This document shows positions 26,775-40,517 of a stretch of DNA of 64,000 bases, one piece after another. The notes below the pieces were generated by a model. The model was given only the letters and a program-made list of their open reading frames with translations. It made no database searches and was not told the DNA's origin. Position 1 is the first letter of the stretch. Every line of letters begins with the position of its first letter. This DNA is from Escherichia coli (GTDB lineage Bacteria; Pseudomonadota; Gammaproteobacteria; Enterobacterales; Enterobacteriaceae). The stretch lies in NCBI RefSeq assembly GCF_009931435.1, contig NZ_CP043414.1; one strand, given 5' to 3'. The position numbers and the translations under genes are program-made.

Positions 26775-28622
26775 TCAGATTGACAGCTTCTTGACGCGCT
26801 TGCCGCCATATAGCAGGTTTACGATGGCACGCGTACCGACAATCGCGGTAAACATCGACGTCGCCACACCGATACCGGTAGTAATCGCGAACCCTTTAAT
26901 TGCCCCGGTACCCACTGCGTACAGGATGATGACTTTAATCAGCGTGGTGATGTTCGCATCGAAGATGGAACTGAACGCGCCACGATAACCTTCATCAATT
27001 GCCTGCTGAACAGTACGCCCGTTGCTTAACTCTTCTTTAATACGTTCGTTGATCAGTACGTTCGCATCGACCGCCACCGCAAGGGTTAAGACGATACCCG
27101 CGATACCCGGCATACTCAGCGTTGCGCCTGGCAACAGCGACATAATGCCGACGATCAAGATCAAGTTGGCAATCAGAGCACTGGTCGCAATCAGACCAAA
27201 CTTCTTATAGAAGATGATCATAAACAGAATAGAAACCAGCAGACCGGCAAGGCAAGCCTCCAGCCCCTGTTCAATGTTCTGCATACCCAGAGTCGGGCCA
27301 ATGGTACGTTCTTCAACAATCTGAATTGGCGCGATCAACGCACCGGCACGCAGCAAAAGTGAAAGCTGACGGGCTTCGTTCGGGTTGTTAATACCGGTGA
27401 TACGGAAGCTGTTACCCAGACGAGACTGGATGTTAGCGATGTTAATCACCTCTTCCTGTTTCACCAGAACCGCACGACCGTTAGCATCTTTCTTGCCGCT
27501 GTCTTTGTACTCCACAAACAGGGTCGCCATCGGTTTGCCGATGTTGTCCTTGGTGAAGTTAGACATGATGTTGCCACCAGCGCTATCGAGCGAGATGTTA
27601 ACCTGCGGCTGGTTGTATTCGTCCTGGCTGGAAGTGGAGTCGGTGATATGGTCACCGGTCAGAATTACGCGTTTGTACAGCACAACAGGCTGACCTTCGC
27701 GGGTCTGTTTCACTTCAGAGTCGCCCGGTACGCGTCCAGACGCAGCAGCGGCCTGGTCAACGTTGGTGTTTACCAGACGGAATTCCAACGTTGCCGTTGC
27801 ACCCAGAATCTCTTTCGCTCGTGCGGTGTCCTGGATACCAGGCAGCTCAACAACGATACGGTCAGCACCCTGACGCTGAACCACCGGCTCCGCCACGCCA
27901 AGCTGGTTTACACGGTTACGCAGGATGTTGATGTTCTGTTGCACCGCATATTCACGCGCTTCACTCAGGCGAGCATCGCTCATTACCGCACGCAGCTGGT
28001 TGCTGCCCTGGCTACTAATCACCAGGTCCGGATGACGCTTGCTCAGATACGCAATGGCTTCATCACGAGCTTTAGCATCGCGGAAAGTGATGCTCAGGCC
28101 GTAGTTGTTTTCTTTACGAACGATGGTATACGGGATGCCCTTTTCGCGCAGGTCGCTGCGCAGGCTATCGATGTTTTGTTCCTGGAGTTTGCCAAGCGCG
28201 GTGTCCATATCCACTTCCATCAGGAAGTGAACGCCGCCACGCAGGTCAAGGCCGAGCTTCATCGGCTCAGCGTGAATAGCTGCCAGCCAGCGCGGCGTTG
28301 CCGGGGCAAGGTTAAGCGCCACGACGTATTTGTCACCCATAACGCCCATTAATGCTTCACGAGCGCGCAGTTGGGTGTCAGTGGAGTCGAAGCGCGCAAG
28401 AATAGCGCCCTCTTCCAGTGCCACAGACTTAGCAGTTATTTTTTCTTCTTGTAACGTTTTCTGGACCTGGATCAGCGTTTGCTCACTGGCGGCGACTCCG
28501 CGCGCGCCAGTGATCTGAACAGCCGGATCCTCACCAAACAGGTTGGGAAGTGCATACAGCAGACCGATGACAATCACCACGATCAGCATGACATACTTCC
28601 ACAAAGGATAACGGTTTAACAC
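26775..28622 (-). CDS. secD: Protein translocase subunit SecD
   Basis: Track ORF, 615 aa, GTG start read in the sequence; [11 protein letters not shown]-terminus. Confidence 0.95.
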   Translation of the reverse strand: MLNRYPLWKYVMLIVVIVIGLLYALPNLFGEDPAVQITGARGVAASEQTLIQVQKTLQEEKITAKSVALEEGAILARFDSTDTQLRAREALMGVMGDKYVVALNLAPATPRWLAAIHAEPMKLGLDLRGGVHFLMEVDMDTALGKLQEQNIDSLRSDLREKGIPYTIVRKENNYGLSITFRDAKARDEAIAYLSKRHPDLVISSQGSNQLRAVMSDARLSEAREYAVQQNINILRNRVNQLGVAEPVVQRQGADRIVVELPGIQDTARAKEILGATATLEFRLVNTNVDQAAAASGRVPGDSEVKQTREGQPVVLYKRVILTGDHITDSTSSQDEYNQPQVNISLDSAGGNIMSNFTKDNIGKPMATLFVEYKDSGKKDANGRAVLVKQEEVINIANIQSRLGNSFRITGINNPNEARQLSLLLRAGALIAPIQIVEERTIGPTLGMQNIEQGLEACLAGLLVSILFMIIFYKKFGLIATSALIANLILIVGIMSLLPGATLSMPGIAGIVLTLAVAVDANVLINERIKEELSNGRTVQQAIDEGYRGAFSSIFDANITTLIKVIILYAVGTGAIKGFAITTGIGVATSMFTAIVGTRAIVNLLYGGKRVKKLSI

Positions 28623-28649
28623 GGCAATTCCCTTAGGGAAAAATTTTAA

Positions 28650-28982
28650 TTACAGCGCCTTCATGGTGCCTTTCGGCAGAACGGCAGCTACGAAGTCACG
28701 TTTAATAACTACTTCAGTGGTGTCATTCAGCGCGATAGCAATGTAGCCGTTTTCCGCTACTTTGGTTACGCGACCGACCAGGCCACCGTTCGTCAGAACT
28801 TCATCACCTTTGGCAATGGAGTCCATCAGCTTTTTGTGTTCTTTGGTGCGCTTCTGCTGTGGACGCAGGATCATGAAATAGAAAATCAGACCGAATACCA
28901 CCAGCATCAAAATCAAAGACATCGGGCTACCTTGCGCCGGTGCACCCGTTGCCGCTACCGCATCAGAAATAAAAAAGCTCAT
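28650..28982 (-). CDS. yajC: Sec translocon accessory subunit YajC
   Basis: Start moved to MSFFISDAVAATGAP, giving 110 aa. Confidence 0.92.
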   Translation of the reverse strand: MSFFISDAVAATGAPAQGSPMSLILMLVVFGLIFYFMILRPQQKRTKEHKKLMDSIAKGDEVLTNGGLVGRVTKVAENGYIAIALNDTTEVVIKRDFVAAVLPKGTMKAL

Positions 28983-29004
28983 TAAATTTCCCTCATTATT
29001 AATA

Positions 29005-30147
<1,143 letters not shown>

Positions 30148-30186
30148 TCAGAAAAACAGTCCAACGTTTAAACCAGCGCCGCGGAA

Positions 30187-31257
30187 TTACTCCCCGACGC
30201 GCTCATTAATTGCCTGCGGATTGTACGTGATAAACATCGCATCACCGTAACTAAAAAAGCGATATTTCTCTTCTACCGCCGCTTTATAGGCGTTCATAGT
30301 GTGTTGATAGCCGGCAAAGGCCGAAACCAGCATAATCAGCGTCGATTCAGGAAGGTGGAAGTTCGTCACCAGCGCATCGACCACTTTGTACTGGAAGCCC
30401 GGATAGATAAAGATTTGGGTATCGTCAAAGAACGGTTCAATGAGATCGTTTTTCGCCGCCTGGGCCGCGCTTTCCAGCGAACGTACCGAGGTGGTGCCAA
30501 CCGCAATCACCCGATTGCCGCGCGCTTTTGCTGCCAGTACCGCGTCTACCACATCCTGCGGCACTTCAGCGTATTCTGAGTGCATGATGTGATCTTCAAT
30601 GGTGTCGACGCGCACCGGCTGGAAAGTACCCGCACCAACGTGCAGAGTTACGAACGCCATCTCCACGCCTTTGGCGCGCAATTTTTCCAGCAAAGGTTCG
30701 TCAAAATGCAGCCCGGCAGTCGGGGCCGCTACCGCGCCCGGTTTTTCACTATAAACTGTTTGATAAAGTTCGCGGTCTGCATCTTCGTCCGGACGGTCGA
30801 TGTACGGCGGCAGCGGCATGTGGCCGATGCTGTTGAGGATATCCAATACTGAACGCTCATCATTAAATTCGACTTCAAACAGTGCGCCGTGGCGAGCGGT
30901 CATTGTTGCGTTGATACTTTCGTCATCGCCCAGCAGCAGCTCTGCGCCCGGTTTTGGCGCTTTCGAGGCGCGAATATGCGCAAGAATGCGTTTGTCGTCG
31001 AGCATACGCTCAACCAGCACTTCAATCTTGCCGCCGCTGGCTTTACGCCCAAACAGGCGCGCCGGGATCACGCGGGTATTATTAAAAACCAGAAGATCGC
31101 CGGGGTTGAGCTTATCGAGTAAATCGGTGAAAGTACCGTGCGTCAGCGCGCCCGTCGGCCCGTCCAGCGACAGTAAACGACAGCTACTGCGTTCAGGCAT
31201 TGGATAGTGGGCAATCAGGGATTCGGGTAATTCAAAGGAGAAATCGGTAACGCGCAT
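30187..31257 (-). CDS. queA: S-adenosylmethionine:tRNA ribosyltransferase-isomerase
   Basis: Track ORF, 356 aa. Confidence 0.95.
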
Positions 31258-31349
31258 GACACTGACTCAGACTAAAATAAGAGGCGGGTAGTCTAGTGCC
31301 GGGGCGCTCTCCCTGCAACCTTTACCCCCCTTTGGATAGAATATAATCG

Positions 31350-31931
31350 ATGAATTTTTTAGCTCACCTGCATCTAGCCCATCTCGCGGAAAGTTCGCTT
31401 TCCGGTAATTTACTGGCTGATTTCGTACGCGGAAATCCTGAAGAAAATTTTCCGCCCGACGTCGTGGCTGGCATTCATATGCATCGCCGTATCGACGTAC
31501 TGACCGATAATCTGCCGGAAGTCCGCGAAGCAAGGGAGTGGTTTCGTCGTGAAACCCGCCGCGTTGCGCCTATTACGCTGGATGTCATGTGGGATCACTT
31601 TCTTTCACGCCACTGGTCGCAGCTATCACCGGACTTTCCGCTACAGGAATTTACCTGTTATGCCCGTGAGCAAGTGATGACTATTCTTCCAGACTCACCG
31701 CCACGCTTTATCAATCTGAACAACTACTTATGGTCTGAGCAATGGCTGGTTCGCTATCGCGATATGGATTTCATCCAGAACGTGTTAAACGGCATGGCAA
31801 GCCGTCGCCCACGTCTGGATGCCCTGCGTGACTCCTGGTACGATTTAGACACCCATTACGACGCCCTGGAAACCCGCTTCTGGCAGTTTTATCCGCGGAT
31901 GATGGCGCAGGCGTCACGCAAGGCGTTATAA
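31350..31931 (+). CDS. acpH: Acyl carrier protein phosphodiesterase
   Basis: Track ORF, 193 aa. Confidence 0.92.
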   Translation: MNFLAHLHLAHLAESSLSGNLLADFVRGNPEENFPPDVVAGIHMHRRIDVLTDNLPEVREAREWFRRETRRVAPITLDVMWDHFLSRHWSQLSPDFPLQEFTCYAREQVMTILPDSPPRFINLNNYLWSEQWLVRYRDMDFIQNVLNGMASRRPRLDALRDSWYDLDTHYDALETRFWQFYPRMMAQASRKAL

Positions 31932-31935
31932 GAGG

Positions 31936-33750
31936 TTAATTCATCCACACCGTAGCCGAAATGGCAGACAAAGCCAGAATCCCGTCCGTCAGTTGCCCAT
32001 GCCCCTCCTTGCGTTGCCATTGCGCGACATTGAGTAACGGCGACGCGGGTAGCACCACTTCACAGGCTTCGCCACGGTTGATAGCCACCAGCACACGCTG
32101 CTGATTCAGCACGCGGACAAATACCACTACGTGATCTTCCGCATATACCACCTGGCAGCCACCACGACGCAGCGCATGGCTTTTCTTACGTAGCGCAATC
32201 ATTCGCTGGTACAGCGCGAATAATGCCGTATCCTGTTTATCCACCTGCCAGGGGAACGGTTTACGGCAAAACGGATCGTTTTTGCCATCCATCCCCACTT
32301 CATCACCGTAATAAATACACGGTATGCCAGGCCAGGTAAGAAGCCAGACCACCGCCAGCGGCAGACGCGCGACATCCCGACCGAGCAGCGTTTTAAATCG
32401 CGCAGTATCGTGGCTGTCGAGCTGATTAAACATGCGCAATTGCTGTTGATGAGAAAGCCCTGCGCGGTAATTATCCATCCAGGCCATACAGGTTTGGGCG
32501 TCAATTTGCTGCGGATCATAAGAGATATCGGTGTTGGCAAGAAATCCCCACAACGGGAATGTGAAGCCGCGATAGTTCATGGCGGCATCTTCCACATCGG
32601 CCTGTAACCATTGCCGTGCATCGCCAAAATGTTCGCCGACTATATACGCTTCCGGTTGGGTTTCTTTCGCGGCTTCGGTGATCCCAGCGACGTGCTGTAA
32701 ATTATTGCGCGCCCCACCCGCTTCTCCCAGCATATGCACCACATCCAGCCGCCAGCCGTCCATATTCCATGGTGCTTTCAGCCAATGGCGGACAATGCTG
32801 TCTTCCCCGCGATAAATTTCATTCACCAGACTTTCCGATTGATAATCCAGCTTCGGCAGGCTGGCATAGCCCAGCCAGTCGAGCGCCGTGCCATCATCGC
32901 TAAATGAGTACCAGTCACGCCAGGGCGATTCGGGGTTGTGACAAGCGCCACCTGTCCCACGATTATGTCGGTCAAACCAGGCATGGGAATCGCCACTGTG
33001 GTTAAACACGCCGTCCAGCACTAGCCGCATTCCCATCTGCTGTGTATTGTTTCGTAAACGCAGCAACGCCCCATCGCCGCCAAACTGCGGATCGACATGG
33101 CGATAATCCTCGGTATCGTATTTGTGTACGCTGGGAGCTTTAAACACCGGATTAAGATACAACGCCGTCACGCCAAGTTTTTTCAGATACGGCAGTTTTT
33201 CGCTGATACCATCCAGATCACCGCCATAGAACGTTGATCCGCCCGCCTGCGCCGTGACCGGCTCATCCCAGTCACGCAAGATGATCTCTTGTCCGGCTGC
33301 GTGATGGTAATAGATATGATCCTGTTCAGCTTCGCGAGGAAGACTACGGGCGAAACGATCAGGAAAGATCTGATAAAAAATCTGATCCGCAGCCCATTGT
33401 GGGCCGATATCCGGGACATCGACGGCAAACTGCTCCAGTCGTGCTGGCGGCATTCGGCTGAAGCCCTGCGGTGTAAACCAACGCTGGCGATCGTGCCACA
33501 ATAATTTGAAGCTATAGCGCCGCCGGGGTTGCCCAATGGAAATATCGATGGCCGCCCGCCATGCCGTGACACCAGGCTGGGGCTGACTGCGCTGCTTATG
33601 CATCGGTACTGACGTTTCTTCGTTATCGTTTTCTGTACGTAGCATAATCCGCTGAGGTGGGTCTTCGCCTGTCAGCCACAGTGTAATGAGTAGTTGATCT
33701 TTGCTTTGTTTAACAAATGGGGGCACCGGCAGGTGCCATGCATTTAACAT
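31936..33750 (-). CDS. malZ: Maltodextrin glucosidase
   Basis: Track ORF begins MM; start set at the second M ([12 protein letters not shown]), giving 604 aa; GH13 alpha-amylase-family motifs. Confidence 0.92.
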   Translation of the reverse strand: MLNAWHLPVPPFVKQSKDQLLITLWLTGEDPPQRIMLRTENDNEETSVPMHKQRSQPQPGVTAWRAAIDISIGQPRRRYSFKLLWHDRQRWFTPQGFSRMPPARLEQFAVDVPDIGPQWAADQIFYQIFPDRFARSLPREAEQDHIYYHHAAGQEIILRDWDEPVTAQAGGSTFYGGDLDGISEKLPYLKKLGVTALYLNPVFKAPSVHKYDTEDYRHVDPQFGGDGALLRLRNNTQQMGMRLVLDGVFNHSGDSHAWFDRHNRGTGGACHNPESPWRDWYSFSDDGTALDWLGYASLPKLDYQSESLVNEIYRGEDSIVRHWLKAPWNMDGWRLDVVHMLGEAGGARNNLQHVAGITEAAKETQPEAYIVGEHFGDARQWLQADVEDAAMNYRGFTFPLWGFLANTDISYDPQQIDAQTCMAWMDNYRAGLSHQQQLRMFNQLDSHDTARFKTLLGRDVARLPLAVVWLLTWPGIPCIYYGDEVGMDGKNDPFCRKPFPWQVDKQDTALFALYQRMIALRKKSHALRRGGCQVVYAEDHVVVFVRVLNQQRVLVAINRGEACEVVLPASPLLNVAQWQRKEGHGQLTDGILALSAISATVWMN

Positions 33751-33863
33751 CATAATTCCCCTGTGATGAAAATCTGATCACCTTGCCATAGCCTAATGCA
33801 GGATCACTCATCATCTGAAGGATATTTGGGGGAGGAGGACGGGGGCGGATAACTTTCGGAATA

Positions 33864-33893
33864 GCCGGATCAGGGCTTGCCTTGATCCGGCTT
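33864..33893 (-). terminator. Hairpin after the proY stop
   Basis: gccggatcag...ttgatccggc inverted repeat. Confidence 0.4.
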
Positions 33894-33907
33894 ACAGAAC
33901 GCAGTGA

Positions 33908-35281
33908 TTAGTGATTTTCAGCCAGCTGACGATCGTGGCGGCGTTTAAACATCCAGCCAATCAACAGCAGAACAATCCACGCGAAACCAACGTACAGCGA
34001 GATACGTGTGTCCGGATGATAACCAATCAATCCGATAATAAAGAGCAGGAAAATCAAACCGCCGATGGTCGTTGCTACCCCACCTGGTACTTTAAATTTC
34101 AGTGCCTTCACTTCTTCTGGCGGCAAACGGCGACGGAAAGCAATTTGCGACAGCAGGATCATAATCCATACCCACACCGTGGCGAAGGTTGCCAGCGAAG
34201 CGATCACCAGGAAGACATTTTCCGGCATGATGTAGTTCAGATATACCGCAAACAATAGCGCGGTAGTCATCACCAGCACCGTGACCCACGGAATACCGCG
34301 ACGCGAGGTTTTGCTGAAAATTTTCGGCGCGCTACCCTGCTCTGCCATGCCGTGAAGCATACGACCTACGCCAAATACGTCACTGTTAATTGCTGACAGC
34401 GAAGCGGTCAGCACAACAAAGTTAAGAATGCTGGCGGCAAAGGTAATGCCCATATGCTGGAACGTCAGCACGAACGGGCTACCGGCAGTGCCAACCTGAT
34501 TCCACGGATAGATAGACATAATGACGAACAGCGTACCGACGTAGAACACCAGAATACGCATCGGCACGGAGTTAATCGCACGCGGAATCGATTTTTCCGG
34601 ATCTTTCGCTTCCCCGGCGGTAATACCGATAATTTCGATCCCGCCGTAAGCAAACATTACCATTTGCAGCGACATCACCATGCCAAGCCAGCCGTTGCTG
34701 AAGAAGCCGCCGTTGCTCCAAAGATTATGGATACCGGTCGGTTGCCCGCCGTTGCCAATCCCCCAGATGATGATGCCGAAACCGGCGACAATCATGATAA
34801 TGATGGTGGCGACTTTAAAGAACGAAAACCAGAACTCAAGCTCACCAAATACTTTCACGCTCATCAGGTTTACGGCGCAAATGATCAGCACCACGCTCAG
34901 TACCCAAATCCAGTGCGGCACCGTCGGGAACCAGACGCCCATATAGATACCGAAAGCGGTCACATCGGCGATGGCGACAATAAGGATTTCAAAGCAGTAG
35001 GTCCAGCCAGTGATATAACCTGCCAGTGGACCGAGGTTTTCCTGCGCATAGCGCGAGAAAGAGCTGGCTGCCGGGTTATGTACCGACATTTCCCCCAGCG
35101 CACGCATAATGATATACGCCGCGATACCACCGATAATATAGGCCAACAACACGCTCGGACCGGCCATTTTGATGGCGTCTGCCGAACCGTAAAACAACCC
35201 GGTGCCAATTGCTGAACCCAGTGCCATAAAGCGTATGTGTCGGGTACTTAGCCCACGCTTTAGCTTGTTCTTACTTTCCAT
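33908..35281 (-). CDS. proY: Proline-specific permease (APC family)
   Basis: Track ORF begins MM; second M used ([10 protein letters not shown]); about 457 aa. Confidence 0.92.
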   Translation of the reverse strand: MESKNKLKRGLSTRHIRFMALGSAIGTGLFYGSADAIKMAGPSVLLAYIIGGIAAYIIMRALGEMSVHNPAASSFSRYAQENLGPLAGYITGWTYCFEILIVAIADVTAFGIYMGVWFPTVPHWIWVLSVVLIICAVNLMSVKVFGELEFWFSFFKVATIIIMIVAGFGIIIWGIGNGGQPTGIHNLWSNGGFFSNGWLGMVMSLQMVMFAYGGIEIIGITAGEAKDPEKSIPRAINSVPMRILVFYVGTLFVIMSIYPWNQVGTAGSPFVLTFQHMGITFAASILNFVVLTASLSAINSDVFGVGRMLHGMAEQGSAPKIFSKTSRRGIPWVTVLVMTTALLFAVYLNYIMPENVFLVIASLATFATVWVWIMILLSQIAFRRRLPPEEVKALKFKVPGGVATTIGGLIFLLFIIGLIGYHPDTRISLYVGFAWIVLLLIGWMFKRRHDRQLAENH

Positions 35282-35302
35282 CAATTCCTAACCCATCAAC
35301 AC

Positions 35303-35336
35303 AATAAAAAACCACGGGGCATCGCAGCCCCGTGGT
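35303..35336 (-). terminator. Rho-independent terminator of brnQ
   Basis: ccacggggc-atcgca-gccccgtgg hairpin flanked by an A6 run on the plus strand (T-run on the minus strand). Confidence 0.7.
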
Positions 35337-35356
35337 TAAAACAAATATTCAGTGAT

Positions 35357-36676
35357 TTAGTGAGCGCTGGAGGTCACCTGACGACCTGCCGCGCGATCCC
35401 AAATAATGGCCAGAACCACCATCACCACTGTTGGCATTAACCACGCAAGACCTTGTTCGGCCAGCGGTAAACGCTGCGCCCAGGACGGTAAGATATCGCT
35501 GAATGCAGATGCTTTGATCCCGTCGAGAATACCAAAAAGCAGGCTGATAAACATCGGCGGAGCAATCACGCGGGACGAATTATGCCACCATGAGCGTGTA
35601 AAACTTAATACAACCAGTGCGATACACGGCGGATAAATAGCGGTCAGCACCGGTACGGAGATCTGAATCAGCTGGCTCAAGCCGAGGTTAGACACCACCA
35701 TCGAGAAGCCGCCGAGGATAAACACCAGCGTACGATAGGAGAGCGGTACGTACTGAGCAAAGAATTCTGCACAAGCACAGGTCAGGCCAACCGCCGTGAC
35801 CAGGCAGGCGATAAAGATTAACGCCGCCAGCAGGAAGCTACCGCCGCCGCCAAAGGTGTGCTGAACGTAGGCATGCAGAATAGCCGCACCGTTTGCAGAC
35901 TGATCGACCAGCGACGCGCTGTCTGAACCCAGACGGAACAGCGCCAGGTACAGCAGAGTCAGACCGACACCCGCCATCAGGCCAGCCCAGACAGTATAAC
36001 GGGTCAGCAGACGCGCTTCGGTAACGCCGCGAGAACGCGCCGCATTAACAATAACGATACCAAACACCATCGCGCCCAGCGTATCCATGGTCAGATAGCC
36101 ATTAACGAAGCCGTTAGAAAACGCGGCGTTTTGATAAGCCTCAGTCGCCGTGCTGATAGAGCCCGCTGGCCAGACAATTGCCGCAACAGACAGGATGACC
36201 AGCGCGATAATTTTCAGCGGTGCCAGGAAGTTACCGACGGTATCCAGCAGTTTGCCCGGATAGAGCGAAACCAGAATAACGATAGCGAAATAGACCAGGC
36301 TGTAGATAAACAGCGGCAGCGCGGAGTCACCCGTCAGGGGCGCAATGCCCACTTCAAAGGAGACGGTGGCTGTACGCGGCGTGGCGAACAACGGCCCTAC
36401 AGCCAGGTAGCAAACCGTTGCCAGCAGTACGCCAGCGACTTTACCAATTGGCGTGCTGAGGCTGTCAACACCGCCGCCAACTTTCGCCAGCGCCACCACC
36501 GTTAATACCGGCAGGCCAACGGCAGTAATGAGGAAGCCGAATGCCGCAGTCCAGACGTGTTCGCCTGCCTGCAAGCCGACCATTGGAGGGAAAATGATGT
36601 TACCTGCGCCGACGAACAACGCAAATGTCATAAAGCCCAGAGCGATGATATCGCGCGATCTTAATTGATGGGTCAT
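35357..36676 (-). CDS. brnQ: Branched-chain amino acid transport system II carrier
   Basis: Track ORF, 439 aa, polytopic membrane protein. Confidence 0.94.
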   Translation of the reverse strand: MTHQLRSRDIIALGFMTFALFVGAGNIIFPPMVGLQAGEHVWTAAFGFLITAVGLPVLTVVALAKVGGGVDSLSTPIGKVAGVLLATVCYLAVGPLFATPRTATVSFEVGIAPLTGDSALPLFIYSLVYFAIVILVSLYPGKLLDTVGNFLAPLKIIALVILSVAAIVWPAGSISTATEAYQNAAFSNGFVNGYLTMDTLGAMVFGIVIVNAARSRGVTEARLLTRYTVWAGLMAGVGLTLLYLALFRLGSDSASLVDQSANGAAILHAYVQHTFGGGGSFLLAALIFIACLVTAVGLTCACAEFFAQYVPLSYRTLVFILGGFSMVVSNLGLSQLIQISVPVLTAIYPPCIALVVLSFTRSWWHNSSRVIAPPMFISLLFGILDGIKASAFSDILPSWAQRLPLAEQGLAWLMPTVVMVVLAIIWDRAAGRQVTSSAH

Positions 36677-37029
36677 AAATCATACTGCCTGTGGATGTGG
36701 TGTTGTAACGTTAAATTTTTGTGCCAATCCCTGGGGATGATACAGCGGTATATTTAAACAATTTTAGCGGGAAATACTCCCAACCAGGCGCGGCGAAGAA
36801 TAGTTTTTCGATTTACCGCGTGAATGCAGTCAGTATGACAGCACCTGAAGCGCAATTTAAACGCTTATAACGTTTTAAAGCAAGAAGGGATCTAAAAACC
36901 AGAGGTATATAGCGATAAGAAATCACCAACCAGTATAAAACACTATTTCCGTGAAAAAGACATGGCTAATCATGCGAACAAAAAATCACCAACCGTTGTA
37001 AAATCTAACGCCCGTATTTTGACTGCAAA

Positions 37030-37056
37030 GAAAATAAGCCAGCATCAGCTGGCTTA
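37030..37056 (-). terminator. Hairpin after the phoR stop
   Basis: gccagc-atca-gctggc stem followed by a T-rich stretch on the minus strand. Confidence 0.45.
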
Positions 37057-37082
37057 TGGCAATAAAAGATGACAAAGGCGGA

Positions 37083-38378
37083 TTATTCGCTGTTTTTGGC
37101 AATTAAACGTTCCGGGATAACAAAACTGAAACGCGTACCTTTTCCCACCGCACTCTCAATATGCAGGCGACTTTCGTGATGATTCACCGCATGTTTCACG
37201 ATCGCTAACCCTAATCCGCTACCGCCAGTTTGTCGGGAACGTGCTTTATCAACGCGATAAAAACGCTCGGTCAGGCGCGGAATATGCTCCGGTGCGATGC
37301 CCGGTCCATTATCTTCAACGCTAAATTCGGCACCGTGCGGCACTCGCTGCCAGCGTACGGTGATATGCGTACCTTCCGGCGTATGATTCACGGCGTTATA
37401 AACCAGGTTCGAAATCGCGCTGCGAAGTTGGTCTTCGTTGCCAGACACCTTGAGGTCGTTATCTATTTCAAAGGTAAATGTCTGTTTCTGCTGGCTCAGA
37501 GTCTGGGCCTCACGCTCAACGACCCGCAGCATCATCGGCACATCAACCTTTTCATTAAGCAACTGCGTTGGCGCGGCTTCTATTTTTGACAGCGTCAGTA
37601 ACTGCTTCACCAGCCCTTCCATCCGCTGGGTCTGCTCGCGCATGGTGTGCAACGCTTTTTCACGTACCGCACCTTGCAGTGGTTGCTCATCCATCATCTC
37701 CAGGTAACCCTGTAACACTGTCAATGGCGTACGCAACTCATGGCTCACGTTGGCAAAAAAGTTACGCCGCGCCCCTTCCAGTTGATGCATTTGCGTGACA
37801 TCACGCGCCACCATCAGCAACTGTTTGTGGGTATAAGGCATGACGCGAATTTCCAGATGCCGCCCGGTATTGAGCACCAGATTGAGCGGGCGAGAAAAAT
37901 CACGCGTTTTCAGATATTGCGTAAACTCCGGATAACGAAGCAGATTAAGGATGTTCTGCCCGTTATCTTCCGGCCAGCGCAAACCAAGAATTTGTTGCGC
38001 CAGACCATTACACCAGAAAATACCGCCCTCTTCCGTGGTCAGCACCACCGCATCAGGCAGCGACTCCGCGCCGCTACGAAAGCGTTTAATCAGATTGCCC
38101 AGTTCGCGGCGACGTTTTTTATTACGCAGCTGCATCTGGTGTAAGCCGTATAGCAGCGGTTCCCAGCTACCACGCCCCGGAGGCGGGGTCATACTGCGAT
38201 CCACCCACAGCCACCATGAAAGGCGCAACAAATTCCAAAAATGCCAGATAAGCAGTCCTGTTACCGATGCCAGCAAAAACCAAGGCAGGTAACCAAAAAA
38301 TGCACCCAGGATGAAAGCCGGGAGGCAGCAAAGTAGCAGCTCCAGCACCAGCCTTTTCCACGACAGCCGTTCCAGCAC
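37083..38378 (-). CDS. phoR: Phosphate regulon sensor histidine kinase
   Basis: Track ORF, 431 aa; H-box [11 protein letters not shown]. Confidence 0.96.
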   Translation of the reverse strand: MLERLSWKRLVLELLLCCLPAFILGAFFGYLPWFLLASVTGLLIWHFWNLLRLSWWLWVDRSMTPPPGRGSWEPLLYGLHQMQLRNKKRRRELGNLIKRFRSGAESLPDAVVLTTEEGGIFWCNGLAQQILGLRWPEDNGQNILNLLRYPEFTQYLKTRDFSRPLNLVLNTGRHLEIRVMPYTHKQLLMVARDVTQMHQLEGARRNFFANVSHELRTPLTVLQGYLEMMDEQPLQGAVREKALHTMREQTQRMEGLVKQLLTLSKIEAAPTQLLNEKVDVPMMLRVVEREAQTLSQQKQTFTFEIDNDLKVSGNEDQLRSAISNLVYNAVNHTPEGTHITVRWQRVPHGAEFSVEDNGPGIAPEHIPRLTERFYRVDKARSRQTGGSGLGLAIVKHAVNHHESRLHIESAVGKGTRFSFVIPERLIAKNSE

Positions 38379-38435
38379 GTAAGATACTCCAGTTAAGAAA
38401 TCATAAGCCCTGCTCTGCGTCCGATGAGCAAGGCG

Positions 38436-39125
38436 TTAAAAGCGGGTTGAAAAACGATATCCTGTACCGCGTACGGTCTGCACCATGCGGTCATGTCCGC
38501 CGGGCTCCAGTGCCTTACGCAGGCGACGAATGTGAACATCGACCGTGCGGTCTTCCACATATACGTTGGTTCCCCAGACGTGGTTTAACAGCTGCTCGCG
38601 GCTGTACACGCGCTCGGGATGCGTCATAAAAAAGTGCAGCAGTTTAAATTCTGTCGGCCCCATCTCCAGCGGTTCTTCGCCCGCCATCACCCGGTGAGAT
38701 GTCGGGTCGAGACTGAGCCCCTGCATCTCGATCACCTCTTCCACCGCCATTGGCGAAATACGGCGCATTACCGCTTTGATTCGCGCCACCAGTTCCTTCG
38801 GCGAAAACGGCTTGGTGATATAGTCATCCGCACCGGTTTCAAGGCCGCGCACGCGATCTTCTTCTTCCCCTCTGGCGGTCAGCATCACCACTGGAATATC
38901 TCGGGTCATCGATTCGCGCTTGAGGTGTTTGATGAACTGGATACCGGAGCCGCCAGGTAACATCCAGTCAAGGAGAATTAAATCCGGCCAGGGTTCATTC
39001 AGTTGATTCACAGCACTGTCATAATCTTCCGCTTCGACCGGCTGAAAGCCATTTTGTTCGAGCACGAAGCAGACCATTTCGCGAATTGGAGCTTCATCTT
39101 CTACGACCAGAATACGTCTCGCCAT
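38436..39125 (-). CDS. phoB: Phosphate regulon response regulator
   Basis: Track ORF, 229 aa; receiver domain plus winged-helix output domain. Confidence 0.96.
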
Positions 39126-39178
39126 GATTTGCCCTGTTGTAATAAATAGGTTGCGATCATTAATGCGACGTCATTATG

Positions 39179-39205
39179 CGTCAGATTTATGACAGATTTA
39201 TGAAA
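39179..39205 (-). promoter_or_regulatory. Pho box in the phoB promoter
   Basis: Minus strand reads CTTTTCATAAATCTGTCATAAATCTGAC, with a CATAAT -10 downstream of it. Confidence 0.85.
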
Positions 39206-39314
39206 AGCACGTCGCACATATCTTCAGGTAGTTGATTTCCGTGGCGCAGAAAAAAGCAAATGGCACATCTGTTTGGGTATAATCGCGCCCATGCTTTTTC
39301 GCCAGGGAATCGTT

Positions 39315-40517
39315 ATGCGCATCCTTCACACCTCAGACTGGCATCTCGGCCAGAACTTCTACAGTAAAAGCCGCGAAGCTGAACACCAGGCCTTTCTTGA
39401 CTGGCTGCTGGAAACAGCGCAAACCCATCAGGTGGATGCGATTATTGTTGCCGGTGATGTTTTCGATACCGGATCACCACCCAGTTACGCCCGCACGTTA
39501 TACAACCGTTTTGTTGTCAATTTACAGCAAACGGGCTGTCATCTGGTGGTACTGGCAGGAAACCATGACTCGGTCGCCACGCTGAATGAATCGCGCGATA
39601 TCATGGCGTTCCTCAATACTACCGTGGTCGCCAGCGCCGGACATGCGCCACAAATCTTGCCTCGTCGCGACGGGACGCCAGGCGCAGTGCTGTGCCCCAT
39701 TCCTTTTTTACGCCCGCGTGACATTATTACCAGCCAGGCGGGGCTTAACGGTATTGAAAAACAACAACATTTGCTGGCGGCTATTACCGATTATTACCAA
39801 CAACATTATGCCGATGCCTGCAAACTGCGCGGCGATCAGCCTCTGCCCATCATCGCCACGGGGCATTTAACGACCGTTGGTGCCAGCAAAAGTGACGCCG
39901 TGCGTGACATTTATATTGGCACGCTGGACGCCTTCCCGGCACAAAACTTTCCGCCAGTCGACTACATCGCGCTCGGGCATATTCACCGCGCACAGATTAT
40001 TGGCGGCATGGAACATGTTCGCTATTGCGGTTCCCCCATTCCACTGAGTTTTGATGAATGCGGAAAAAGTAAATATGTCCATCTGGTGACATTTTCAAAC
40101 GGCAAATTAGAGAGCGTGGAAAACCTGAGCGTGCCGATAACGCAACCAATGGCGGTACTGAAAGGCGATCTGGCGTCGATTACCGAACAGCTGGAACAGT
40201 GGCGCGATGTATCACAGGAACCACCTGTCTGGCTGGATATCGAAATCACTACTGATGAGTATCTGCATGATATTCAGCGCAAAATCCAGGCATTAACTGA
40301 ATCACTGCCTGTCGAAGTATTGCTGGTACGCCGCAGCCGTGAACAGCGCGAGCGTGTGTTAGCCAGCCAACAGCGTGAAACCCTCAGCGAACTCAGCGTC
40401 GAAGAGGTGTTTAATCGTCGTCTCGCACTGGAAGAACTGGATGAATCACAGCAGCAACGTCTGCAACATCTTTTCACCACGACGCTGCAGACCCTCGCCG
40501 GAGAACACGAAGCATGA
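39315..40517 (+). CDS. sbcD: Nuclease SbcCD subunit D (Mre11-like)
   Basis: Start moved to [13 protein letters not shown], giving 400 aa; metallophosphoesterase motifs. Confidence 0.93.
   Translation: MRILHTSDWHLGQNFYSKSREAEHQAFLDWLLETAQTHQVDAIIVAGDVFDTGSPPSYARTLYNRFVVNLQQTGCHLVVLAGNHDSVATLNESRDIMAFLNTTVVASAGHAPQILPRRDGTPGAVLCPIPFLRPRDIITSQAGLNGIEKQQHLLAAITDYYQQHYADACKLRGDQPLPIIATGHLTTVGASKSDAVRDIYIGTLDAFPAQNFPPVDYIALGHIHRAQIIGGMEHVRYCGSPIPLSFDECGKSKYVHLVTFSNGKLESVENLSVPITQPMAVLKGDLASITEQLEQWRDVSQEPPVWLDIEITTDEYLHDIQRKIQALTESLPVEVLLVRRSREQRERVLASQQRETLSELSVEEVFNRRLALEELDESQQQRLQHLFTTTLQTLAGEHEA

Noticed and set aside
27648-28352. 234-aa plus-strand ORF inside secD
   Set aside because: Antisense to secD.
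33821-33832. GGGGGAGGAGG as a MalT box in the malZ promoter
   Set aside because: Only partial resemblance to the MalT box consensus, and I could not settle orientation or spacing relative to the malZ start by eye; left uncalled.
34454-35215. 253-aa plus-strand ORF inside proY
   Set aside because: Antisense to proY; His/Arg/Asp-rich low-complexity translation.
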